Assembly: GCA_965368975.1 (NCBI GenBank)
Contig: CBDUPA010000006.1
Span: 192,001-256,000, forward strand
Source of the DNA: an uncultured bacterium
Lineage (GTDB): Bacteria > Acidobacteriota > Thermoanaerobaculia > Multivoradales > JAHZIX01
Length of the DNA stretch: 64,000 nucleotides
Reading direction: 5' to 3'
In this document: piece by piece, positions 19,864 through 28,461 of the stretch
Layout: every line of letters begins with the position of its first letter
How positions within the stretch are numbered: position 1 is the stretch's first letter
Position numbers and translations under genes: made by a program
The notes under the pieces: generated by a model
The model's database searches: none
Told to the model about the DNA's origin: nothing
The model's input: only the letters and a program-made list of their open reading frames with translations

Positions 19864-22560
19864 TCAGCCGCTCGGATCTCCCGGCACCTGCAACTCCGGA
19901 GCTATGACCCCGTCCGGATGCACCACGGGCTCCTCGCTGGATTCTCCAGCCGGGTCGGGGGCGCCGGTGCTGGGCACGGGGAGCAAGGGCCCCTCGGCGA
20001 TCCGGTGCAGCAGCCAGTAGGCGAGGTCCAGGTTCTGGCGCTGGCGGTCGGTGGGGTCGCCGGTGAAACGGCTGCCCAGTTCGCGCTTGCTGAGCGTCAG
20101 GGAGTCGGTGAAGACACCCACGACACCGCTGCCGAAGCGGATCTCGCTGTACACGGGGATGCCGTTGCCGTCGGCGAGTAGGGTGTGCCCACCGTGGACG
20201 GCGAGTACCGGGCGCGATACGACGAAGCTGGTCTCGTCCTGCGCCACGTCTGCATCTTCGGAGGGTGCATCTTCGGCAGCAGCGTCTTCGGCAGGCGCAT
20301 CTTCGGACTCTGCAGCTTCAGACTCTGCTGCCTCGCTGTGCTCCAAGAGGTTCACCTCGACGCGCTCCAGCCTGACCTCGACGCCCAGGCCGAAGACGGC
20401 TAGCAGCTGCTCAGTGGCGGTGCCTCGGCTCAGCAGGCCGTCGAGGATCAGCAGACCGCCGCCGCCGCGCACGAAGGCTTGCAGCTGGGCTGATTGGCTC
20501 GGCGTTGGGGTGCGTGTCGGGTGTGCCAGCACCAGCATGTCGCGTCCACCAAGCCGATCGTCTCCCTGGCTGAGTGCCGCCGACAAGTCTTCGCCGACCC
20601 GCGGCAGGTAGTCGAGGCGCTGGGCGGCGACCAGCAGGCTGTCCAGGGCGACCAGGTCGTCGTCGCTGGCGAGGGTCAGGACGTGCGGCAAGTAGATGTC
20701 GGAGAGTTCGGTGTCGAAGACGACCTGCCGCGGTGGCGTGACGCCGTCGCGGTACGGGGGCAGGTCGAGGGTGGGGCCGGCGAGAGCCAGGACCACAGTA
20801 CCGGTGGCGAGGCCCAGCGCCAGGAAGCTGGCGGTTGCCAGCGTTGCACGACCTCGGTCGATCAGGCCGAGAGTCGCGACAGCGGCGAGCAGCAACAGGG
20901 TTGCCAGGGTGGGCAGGTGCCGGCTCGTCCACGCTGGCCGGCGGGCCAAGTACTCGACCGTCGCCACGGCGACTTCTCGGCGGCCGGGGAAGTAGAGAGA
21001 GAAGTTCGACAGCGGCGTGCTGTCGCTGAAGGCGGCGACGCGACCGGCGCCGTGGGCCAACGTCGCGTGCTGGGCGAAGAAGCCGAAGTCGTCCGGAGGG
21101 TCCAGGTGCAGGTTGCCGAAGAAGCCGGGGCGTGAGTAGTCCGCGGCTTCGGCGCCCAGGCCGTAGCCGAGCATCGGGATGCGGGCGCGCAGGGGCACGC
21201 GTAGGGTGCACGAGGTTTCGAATTCGAAGGCGCCAACGACGCTGGCGATCGGGTGGGGTAGCCAGCGGGGTGCGCGCCACTGCGACTGGGCTTCGCTCAC
21301 CTGAGCGAAGGTGTCGTCGGTGGCGAAGGAGAGACCGAAGCGCTGGGCCACGGGGTTGAGGTAGGTGGTCATGCCGAACAGGTTGGTGTGATCCCCGATC
21401 AGGAACAGCCCGCCGCCGCCGCGCACAAAGGCCTCGACGGCCTCGATCTCCGACGCCGCGAAGGGCTCGGTCGGGGTCTTGAGGATCAGCACGTCGGTGT
21501 CGGCGAGCGCTGCCGCGGTCAACGGGGCCTGCTGCCAGCGGTTCACCTCGTAGTGCTGTTCCAGCAAGCGGTAGAAAGAGCTGTAGGAATAGGAGATGAG
21601 CTGGCCGTAGGTTTCGGTGTCGAAGGGGGTGTCGGTAGGTTCCCAGGTGCCGTGACTGTCGTCGAAGAGCACGCGGACGTTGCCGTCCGGCCCCCCGAGG
21701 CGGTCACCGACAGGCACCCAACCGAGCGCTAGCACCCAGGCGATTCCCAGCACGGCGGCGGCGGCGCGGCGTCCCCGCGGGAACGCTGGTTCCGTTGGGC
21801 TCGTGGGCTGGAAGCGGCAGCGCGCGGGCAGCAGGCAGGCGGCGGGGAGCAGGGTGAGCAGGGTCCACCAGGGGCTGGTGACGAGTCCTTGGTCGGGCAG
21901 GTCGACCCAAGCCGCAGTGATCAGCAGTAGGCGGAGAAAGGCAGCGCCGAGCAGCGCCGCGGCCCAGCGTGCCAGGAACCTCCCTGGTCGGCGCAGCGGA
22001 ACCAGTAGCGCCACGCCGACACCGGCGGCCAGGGCCAGCAGCAGCGGAAGAGCGGCCAGCCGGCTCAGGGACGGCAGCAGCTCGAACACCGTGCCGCCGC
22101 TGTGGACGACCACCAAGCCCTGCTCGGCGACGGCGTTCAGACCCAGCAAGCGCAGCGCGCCGGCCAGCGTCGAGGCCAGGCCGGGCACTTCGCGCCAGCG
22201 TGCCAGCAGGCTGACCAGAGGCGTCAGTGCGAGCAGCTGCGCGAGTGCTATCGCCAGCACCAAGCCACCGCGATCGGCCAGGCGCTGCCGGCCGGTGGGC
22301 ACGGAGAGGCCCGAGGGTACGGAGAAGCCCGAGGGTACAGCCGCCGGCCTGCGAGCCCAGGCAGCCAGGGCGAGTCCAAGCAGTACTAGCAGGCTGCCGG
22401 TGAGGTACGCGGGAGTCTCGAGCTGGCCGCTGATCAGTTGCCAGCCGCAGGCGGCCAGCAGGGCGCCGCAGAGTAGCTGCCGTGGCGCCAGGGCCGGTAC
22501 CACGGCTGCAGGTGCTTCGATTTCGGGGACCTGCGGCGACGGAGCGGGGAGCGGGCTCAT
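19864..22560 (-). CDS. Polytopic membrane protein with two DUF4350/GldG-like (GATase1-like fold) domains; exosortase-like TM region lacking the catalytic Cys
   Basis: ATG 22560 overlaps the upstream TGA. TM-rich N-terminus, then VLFDDSHG, DVLILKTP...FV.GGGGLFLIGDHTN, G.GRVAAFSDS, and a second similar domain. Confidence 0.65.
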   Translation of the reverse strand: MSPLPAPSPQVPEIEAPAAVVPALAPRQLLCGALLAACGWQLISGQLETPAYLTGSLLVLLGLALAAWARRPAAVPSGFSVPSGLSVPTGRQRLADRGGLVLAIALAQLLALTPLVSLLARWREVPGLASTLAGALRLLGLNAVAEQGLVVVHSGGTVFELLPSLSRLAALPLLLALAAGVGVALLVPLRRPGRFLARWAAALLGAAFLRLLLITAAWVDLPDQGLVTSPWWTLLTLLPAACLLPARCRFQPTSPTEPAFPRGRRAAAAVLGIAWVLALGWVPVGDRLGGPDGNVRVLFDDSHGTWEPTDTPFDTETYGQLISYSYSSFYRLLEQHYEVNRWQQAPLTAAALADTDVLILKTPTEPFAASEIEAVEAFVRGGGGLFLIGDHTNLFGMTTYLNPVAQRFGLSFATDDTFAQVSEAQSQWRAPRWLPHPIASVVGAFEFETSCTLRVPLRARIPMLGYGLGAEAADYSRPGFFGNLHLDPPDDFGFFAQHATLAHGAGRVAAFSDSTPLSNFSLYFPGRREVAVATVEYLARRPAWTSRHLPTLATLLLLAAVATLGLIDRGRATLATASFLALGLATGTVVLALAGPTLDLPPYRDGVTPPRQVVFDTELSDIYLPHVLTLASDDDLVALDSLLVAAQRLDYLPRVGEDLSAALSQGDDRLGGRDMLVLAHPTRTPTPSQSAQLQAFVRGGGGLLILDGLLSRGTATEQLLAVFGLGVEVRLERVEVNLLEHSEAAESEAAESEDAPAEDAAAEDAPSEDADVAQDETSFVVSRPVLAVHGGHTLLADGNGIPVYSEIRFGSGVVGVFTDSLTLSKRELGSRFTGDPTDRQRQNLDLAYWLLHRIAEGPLLPVPSTGAPDPAGESSEEPVVHPDGVIAPELQVPGDPSG

Positions 22561-25295
22561 CTCGGCTCCTCGGCTGGCGCGGTGTCTTCGGCTGGCACTG
22601 GTTCTTCGGCTGGCGCAGTGTCTTCGGCTGACGCAGTCGCGGCGAGTGGCGGCGTGTCGACCACGGAGCGGCCGACATCGAGCAGCCGATCGAGTAGCTC
22701 GACGTTGGCGCGCTGGAACTCGAACTCGCCTTCGAAGTTCTCGTCCTCGAAGAAGCGACCGTCGCCGAAAACCAGGCAGCGGCCGGCTTCGAAGGGGCGC
22801 GACTCGACGATCAGGGCATCGCCTTCGAGGGCCACATGCACGGTGTGCGGCACACTGCCGCCGGCTTCGACCGGCCAGGCGTCGACGAAGCGTAGAGTCT
22901 GTGCTGAAGGGTTCAGCTCCACTTCCGCCGGGCCCAGCGGATAGTTGCCGATGCGTAGGTCGCAGGCTTCCAGCAGCCGGTTGGCCGCCGGGCGGCCGTG
23001 CGCACCCGCGGCGACCACCAGCGTGCCGCCGCGTTGCAGCAGGCGGGTCACGGCGCGCAGATAGGCGGCGGAGGGTGGTCGTGCCGGTGCCACGTGCAGC
23101 ACCAGCGACGCCTGGTCCAGTCGTTCGGGGTCCTGACGGTCCAGGCTCAGCGGCAGGTAGCCGGCGCGCATCAGCATGGGGGAGATGCCGCCCATGGCAC
23201 CTTCCTGGAAGAACTCCCGGGGCAGGCGATCGGCCAAGCCGCGCTGGATCCAGGCCAAGCGGTCGGGGGCGGGTACCTGCGGCCGTGCTACCGGCAGCCA
23301 GGTGGTGAGGGCGGCTGCCAACACCAGGCTCAGGGCGCTTGTCGTGGTCCAGCCCCAGGGCGGCGGAGCGGCGCGCCAGAGCACCAGTGCACCGAGTACC
23401 AGTGCGCCGACCGCCAGGATTGTGGCCAGCAGCGTCCACGGCCACTCGGCGGCGCCGGGGCGCGACAGGTAGCGGACGGTGCGCTCGACGAAGGGGTAGG
23501 CGTCCGGCAGGGACAGGGGCTGCAGGCTGGTGGTGTCGCCGAAGGCCACCACGGCGCCCTGGCCGACGCGGCCGCCGGCCACGAGCACGACGTCACCGAG
23601 GCGCTCGCCGCGCTGGTAGCGGTAGTCGCCCAGGAAGGCGCCTTGACCGTCGTTGGAGCGGTTGCCGAAGTCTCCGAAGCCGTAGCGGCCGACCACCAGT
23701 GGTTGCAGTGCGGAACCGCTGAGAGTCAGGGAAGCTCCGGTGCCGATCTGGGCTTCGTGATAGCTCGCCATGCCGGCGGTGATCGGATGCGGCAGGAAGT
23801 CGAGGCAGTGACGCCAGTGGCGCCGTAGGGCGAAGGCGGAGTCGAACTCGATGCGCGCGGACACCGGGGCCAGCAGCTGGTTCAAGGGGCCCATGATGCC
23901 GAAGATGTCGGTGTGGTCACCGAGCGCCAGCAGGCCGCCGCCGCCGCGCACCCACTGCCACAGGGCTGCCAGTTCGCCGTCGCCGTACATCTGCTGCGGG
24001 TTGATCACCACCAAAACCTGGACGCCCTGCAGCGCTTCGGCGGTCAGCTCACCGGTCAGCTCACGAGTGATGTAGTTGCTGCTTTCCAGGTAGCGGCGCA
24101 CGGCGCCGAACATGCCGACCTGCACCAGGCCGTAGCGTCCCACTGCCGGCGAGGTGAAGTCGAGGTGTCCGAGGTTGTGGAAGGCGACGACCGGGGTCCC
24201 GGTGCTCCTGGCTCCGCTCGTCTCACCGGTACCTTCAGCGGCACCGCCCGCGTCAGGTGCAGGGGGCAAGGATGCTGGGCGTAGCAGCAGCAGGCAGGCC
24301 AACACGAGAGCCGCGCCGCCGGCCCAGAGGCGCCAGGGTGAGTGGGCAGGAGCCGGCGTCGATGCCTGCGAGGCGCTGGGCACCTCGCTGGGCACCTGAC
24401 TGGGCACCTGACTGAGCAGACGTCCGCCGAACCACAGGAACAACCCCCACGGTAGCAACAGCGTCAAGGGCGCGAGCTGTCCCGGCGCCACGTTCCACGG
24501 ACGGTGCGGTTCCGGGATCACCAACAAGGTCCGTACGCCATCGGCGAGTAGGTGTTCCAGCCACGGCTGGAGCGCGAGGTAGACGGTCAAGCCCAGCGGC
24601 ACGGCCAGCAGCAAGGAGAGGCTCGCGCGGCGTGATTCTGCGGTGGCCGGTTCAGGCCGAGGCAGAAAGGGCCAACGCAGGCAGCCCAGGGCTAGCAGTA
24701 GGAAGGGCAATGCGAGCCAGAGGCCGGCCACGGTCGGCCCCAGGCGTAGGTCTTCACCGGCCAGCAGGGCGGCCGCGGCCGAGAGGCCGGAAGCGACGGC
24801 GTCCAAGGCGAGCCAGAGGCCAGCGAAGTGCCGGCTGAGGACCCAGATTCCCGCGCTCAGCAGGAGTGCCCGGACGAGGTGGAGCCGCCACGGCACGGGC
24901 GGTGCCGGTGGAGAGGACGATTCTAGGAAAGGGGTTTGGGTGGCCCACAGGATCAAGCCCAAGCACACGCCGGCCACGCGCGCGGTCTCACCGCTGTCGC
25001 TTGCAAGGGTCTCCAGGAGGAGCGGCAAGATGGGTAGCAGTACGGCGAGCCAGCGCCACAGCCGAGTGTGGCCGGAATGGGCGCGGCGTTCCAGGTCGAG
25101 GCCCCACATATCGAAGGCCAGGGGCACCAAGGCCAGCACGAGGAGCAGCCGGCCGGCCGCCGGGGTCAGTGGGCCGAAGCTACCGAAGGCCAGCAACAAC
25201 GCCAGGGTGGAACAGGCCAACGCGGTGCGCGGGGAAGAACCTCCGGCATCCGTCTGGACGCCGGAGGTCCGCGAGTTGTCAGCGGACGTGGTCAA
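22557..25295 (-). CDS. Polytopic membrane protein with two DUF4350/GldG-like domains (paralog of 19864..22560)
   Basis: About 9 TM segments, then VLVVINP...WVRGGGGLLALGDHTD, G.GAVVAFGDT, a TM hairpin, and a second domain (GRCLVFGD..F...N). Confidence 0.65.
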   Translation of the reverse strand: MTTSADNSRTSGVQTDAGGSSPRTALACSTLALLLAFGSFGPLTPAAGRLLLVLALVPLAFDMWGLDLERRAHSGHTRLWRWLAVLLPILPLLLETLASDSGETARVAGVCLGLILWATQTPFLESSSPPAPPVPWRLHLVRALLLSAGIWVLSRHFAGLWLALDAVASGLSAAAALLAGEDLRLGPTVAGLWLALPFLLLALGCLRWPFLPRPEPATAESRRASLSLLLAVPLGLTVYLALQPWLEHLLADGVRTLLVIPEPHRPWNVAPGQLAPLTLLLPWGLFLWFGGRLLSQVPSQVPSEVPSASQASTPAPAHSPWRLWAGGAALVLACLLLLRPASLPPAPDAGGAAEGTGETSGARSTGTPVVAFHNLGHLDFTSPAVGRYGLVQVGMFGAVRRYLESSNYITRELTGELTAEALQGVQVLVVINPQQMYGDGELAALWQWVRGGGGLLALGDHTDIFGIMGPLNQLLAPVSARIEFDSAFALRRHWRHCLDFLPHPITAGMASYHEAQIGTGASLTLSGSALQPLVVGRYGFGDFGNRSNDGQGAFLGDYRYQRGERLGDVVLVAGGRVGQGAVVAFGDTTSLQPLSLPDAYPFVERTVRYLSRPGAAEWPWTLLATILAVGALVLGALVLWRAAPPPWGWTTTSALSLVLAAALTTWLPVARPQVPAPDRLAWIQRGLADRLPREFFQEGAMGGISPMLMRAGYLPLSLDRQDPERLDQASLVLHVAPARPPSAAYLRAVTRLLQRGGTLVVAAGAHGRPAANRLLEACDLRIGNYPLGPAEVELNPSAQTLRFVDAWPVEAGGSVPHTVHVALEGDALIVESRPFEAGRCLVFGDGRFFEDENFEGEFEFQRANVELLDRLLDVGRSVVDTPPLAATASAEDTAPAEEPVPAEDTAPAEEPR

Positions 25296-25316
25296 GAAGC
25301 GCTACCGTCGAGCGTC

Positions 25317-26162
25317 TCAGGTGTTGCCGTCGACGTTGACCACGATCTGCCGGCCGGCTTCGTCCTCGACCACCACGATGTAACTGCCACCGGCCGGTGC
25401 CGCGGGGTCGAGAATACGCATCATGCGCTCGTTCCGTGCCTCGCCGCCGGCGATCAGGTTTTGAGACCCATCGGCTGCCAGGCGGTACAGGCGGTAGCTC
25501 TGTGCCTGCATGCCCGTGGTGATCCAGGTCACTTCAGTACCGCCGAAAGTCGGAGTGGCGTCGAGGCCGACGACGCGGCCCTGACCATGGTGCGCAGGGG
25601 TACAAGCCGCCGCTGCCGCCGCGCTGTCGCCCGGGCAGCTGCTGCACAGGGAGCCGGCGCAGGCGCTCTGGCCGCACAGGGAGCCGGCACAGGCGCTCTG
25701 CGAGCACAGCGAACCGGCACAACCGCTGACGCCACAGGCGCTGCCGCCGCACAGGCTGCCACCGCAGGCACTGCCGGCGCAGATGCTTCCGGCGCAAGCA
25801 CTGCCACCACATACGCTACCGGGACAGGCGGAGCCGGCGCAGGCACTGCCACCGCAGCCAGAACCGCCGCAGGCGGATGCGGTGCAACCACTGCCGATGC
25901 AAGCGCTGCCGATACAGGCGCTGACGCCCTCACTGACGAACAGAATGGCTTCCTGGACGGGTTCAGCACTCTCTTCGGGAGCGAGCAGGGGCTGGTTGAC
26001 GTCCAGGGTCATCTCAGCCAGCTTGTCCGCCAGCTGCCGATCGAACAGCGGTGAATCCGCGACCGACGTCTCCGCCGGAACACCGCGGGTGGCTTCCACC
26101 GACACCATGGCCCAGGTGGCGGCGACGAGGATCAGGCTCAGGATTACGAGTTTTTGTCTCAT
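25317..26162 (-). CDS. Secreted protein with Cys-every-fifth pentapeptide repeats and a C-terminal Fn3/Ig-like domain
   Basis: AAGGAG RBS before ATG 26162, signal peptide, 19 consecutive S-x-C-x-x units, C-terminal VTW......YRLYR....D......Y.V.VED. Confidence 0.8.
   Translation of the reverse strand: MRQKLVILSLILVAATWAMVSVEATRGVPAETSVADSPLFDRQLADKLAEMTLDVNQPLLAPEESAEPVQEAILFVSEGVSACIGSACIGSGCTASACGGSGCGGSACAGSACPGSVCGGSACAGSICAGSACGGSLCGGSACGVSGCAGSLCSQSACAGSLCGQSACAGSLCSSCPGDSAAAAAACTPAHHGQGRVVGLDATPTFGGTEVTWITTGMQAQSYRLYRLAADGSQNLIAGGEARNERMMRILDPAAPAGGSYIVVVEDEAGRQIVVNVDGNT
25638..25922 (-). repeat. 15-bp (pentapeptide) repeat array, 19 units SxCxx
   Basis: SACIG SACIG SGCTA SACGG ... 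SACAG SLCSS, read from the translation. Confidence 0.95.
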
Positions 26163-26182
26163 GGTTCTTTCTCCTTGTCCGA

Positions 26183-27067
26183 TCATCCGCCGTGACCGTT
26201 GGCCCTGATGCGCTCGTGGACCATGTCCGTCAGGTCCCTGTGCGCCTTGGGTAAGGCAAGTTCGAAGACATCGTCTTCGAGCTGAACGCCGAATTGCGTC
26301 CGCATATCCTGCTCGACGTAGAGATACGCGGGTTCACGCTGATCGCCCTCGGGGAGAGCTTCCTGGACCTCCATCTGGAGCTTGACCAGCAGCAGTTCGC
26401 GTGCGTCGATCCAGAACTGGCAGTTGCGGATCAAGCTGCCGTCGTTGGCCCGCACGTCTTCCAGGGACTGCAAGACGTACACGGGTTCGCCGTCGAGAGT
26501 GGCCGCGTAGGCACGGAACCTGGCGTTGAGGAAGACGTCATCGAACTCCAGGTGCCGGAGCGGACTACGGTACTTCGCCGGCAGGGCTTCGGGCAGGGCG
26601 TGGTGGCGAATCACAAAGGACTCGACGACCGGTTGCCGGCCCTCGCCCTGCTTGTCGAGGAAGCCGCTCTCGTGCAGCACTTTGGTTTCCTGACCAGAAT
26701 GTACCCAGACGAAGCGGCGGCTATCCGGTAGATCGAGATCGGCGTTGCCACGGAAGGCTTCCTGGACGGTGTCCGACTCGACCGCCTCGACGCGGGCCTG
26801 GTCACCTTTGAGATGGGCTACGTAATCACCGTCGGTGGTGACATCCGCCTGGTCCAGGCTGCTCACGGTCACCGTCTGATCGATGTCGACCTGCCGCGGA
26901 TCGTCGAAGAAGCTTTGGTAACGCTCGTTCACCGCCTGCATGATGCGGTGCGCGTCCAACCCTTCGTCGGCCTGCGCCACGGGGACGCCGAGCGCTCCGA
27001 ACAGCAATGTGGCCATGGCGAGGATGGTGGCGAAGGTGCCGATCCTCGAGACTCTGGCTGTCTGCAT
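26183..27067 (-). CDS. Secreted LolA/RseB-like fold protein
   Basis: AAGGAGG RBS, signal peptide (..AQA), LDGEPVYVL, FWIDARELLLVKL, EDDVFELALP, a pattern typical of LolA-like carriers. Confidence 0.55.
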   Translation of the reverse strand: MQTARVSRIGTFATILAMATLLFGALGVPVAQADEGLDAHRIMQAVNERYQSFFDDPRQVDIDQTVTVSSLDQADVTTDGDYVAHLKGDQARVEAVESDTVQEAFRGNADLDLPDSRRFVWVHSGQETKVLHESGFLDKQGEGRQPVVESFVIRHHALPEALPAKYRSPLRHLEFDDVFLNARFRAYAATLDGEPVYVLQSLEDVRANDGSLIRNCQFWIDARELLLVKLQMEVQEALPEGDQREPAYLYVEQDMRTQFGVQLEDDVFELALPKAHRDLTDMVHERIRANGHGG

Positions 27068-27264
27068 GTCCTACCTCCTTATCCTGGCACGATGCACCGA
27101 TCACGGGCTGCCCCGAATGGGCAACCGTTCCCGGTCCACTGTGAGCGGGATGTTGAACTCGCGGGTTCTCGCGAGTAGCTACCGTGCTTGAAGGGATGTG
27201 AAATTAAGGGGAAGTTCACGTTGAGGCTACCATGCAGCCGCGAAGTGCGCAAGTGAGTTCGGAC

Positions 27265-28461
27265 TCAGAACTCCCGCCCCTGCCGCAGCCCCCGGCGCTC
27301 CGCAGCCCGCACCATCCGCCGCTTGTGGGCGCTCCAGCCGTAGCCGGCGAACAGCCCCAAGACGCCGACGCAGAAGCCGACGAAGAGGGTAAAGGTAAAC
27401 CCGTCGACGCCTCCAGCCCCACTGCGGGTCACCGCACTGAGCCGCCGCCGTGCGCGCTCCTCGGCTGACGGGCCATCTTGCAGTTCTTCGCGGATCGTCC
27501 GTTCGCTGTCGTCACGGCGGTCGACGAAGGTGCGGTCTGGACGATCGAGACCGCCGTTGTTCCAGGCGGAAATGGGGAGCTTCTCCTGCAAAGCGGGGTC
27601 GTCGGCGCGAATCACCTTGACTGGACGCAGGCCGCGTTCGGGCCAGGGGTTGAAGCCGAGGGAGCCGCAGTCGACCCAGGCTTGACCGCAGCCGTCGGGA
27701 TTGCCGGTGCCGTCGACATGCAGCAAACGCGTATTGCTGGGACCTGGGATCCATGCGGATCCGTCCGGCGGCTGGAAAGACGCGAGGTCACCGGGAAAGC
27801 GGGTGACGGCGTTGCTCAGGTGGCCCTCCATGTCGCCAGGAGTCGAACTGAGCCAGGAGACGAACCAGGCTTCGTAGCCGAGACCTTGCAGCAGGGTCGT
27901 CAGCAGGACGGCGGCATCGTCGCAGTCGCCTTGTTCGTCGACCAGGAATTCGATGCCGAACTTGGGGTACTCGGTCCAGCCGGTGGTGGTGTCGAAACTG
28001 TAGTTGATGCCCTGCACCAGGCCGTGGACGAAGGCGACGCGCGAGGCTTGGGAGGTGACGCCGGCGGCCTCGAAGTGACGGGCGAGGGCGACGGTGAGCG
28101 GGCGCAGGTCGCTGGCAGTGACGTCGAGAACGCGGCGGATGGAGTCGTGGGGATCGTTGCGGCGCAGGCTGTAGGCGTCGACGCCGACGGCGAGCTCGGC
28201 CCAGGCGAGTTCGCGCTCGGTGCACGGAACGCGGTCGGTGGGGCAGAAGGGCCAGGCGCGGTAGATGCGGCCGGAGTCGGGTGCGGGCAAGTCGTTGCCA
28301 TGCGAGCGACCGTCGTCATGCAGTCGTACCCAGGGTAGAGCGTCCGCGGCGAGCAGTGGCTCGGTGACGCTCGGCAGGACGAGGTTCGCACCTAGGAGAA
28401 AGCAGGCGAGCGGCAGGGGATGGGTGCGCGGCCCGTGGCGAGTGACATGGCTGTGCGGCAT
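27265..28461 (-). CDS. Membrane-anchored transglutaminase-like (Cys-His-Asp) protein
   Basis: Signal-like N-terminus, FVHGLVQGINY, EFLVDEQGDCDDAAVL, GHL, HVDGT; C-terminal TM plus Arg-rich tail. Confidence 0.75.
   Translation of the reverse strand: MPHSHVTRHGPRTHPLPLACFLLGANLVLPSVTEPLLAADALPWVRLHDDGRSHGNDLPAPDSGRIYRAWPFCPTDRVPCTERELAWAELAVGVDAYSLRRNDPHDSIRRVLDVTASDLRPLTVALARHFEAAGVTSQASRVAFVHGLVQGINYSFDTTTGWTEYPKFGIEFLVDEQGDCDDAAVLLTTLLQGLGYEAWFVSWLSSTPGDMEGHLSNAVTRFPGDLASFQPPDGSAWIPGPSNTRLLHVDGTGNPDGCGQAWVDCGSLGFNPWPERGLRPVKVIRADDPALQEKLPISAWNNGGLDRPDRTFVDRRDDSERTIREELQDGPSAEERARRRLSAVTRSGAGGVDGFTFTLFVGFCVGVLGLFAGYGWSAHKRRMVRAAERRGLRQGREF

Noticed and set aside
22561-23445. N-terminal extension of the 1193-aa ORF
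   Set aside because: It overlaps the 22557..25295 gene in another frame and reads as Arg/Pro-rich junk; the real start is ATG 22560.
25638-25922. CRISPR array or pure DNA repeat
   Set aside because: The 15-bp periodicity is codon-degenerate, has no spacers and lies inside a well-formed CDS; no cas genes are present.
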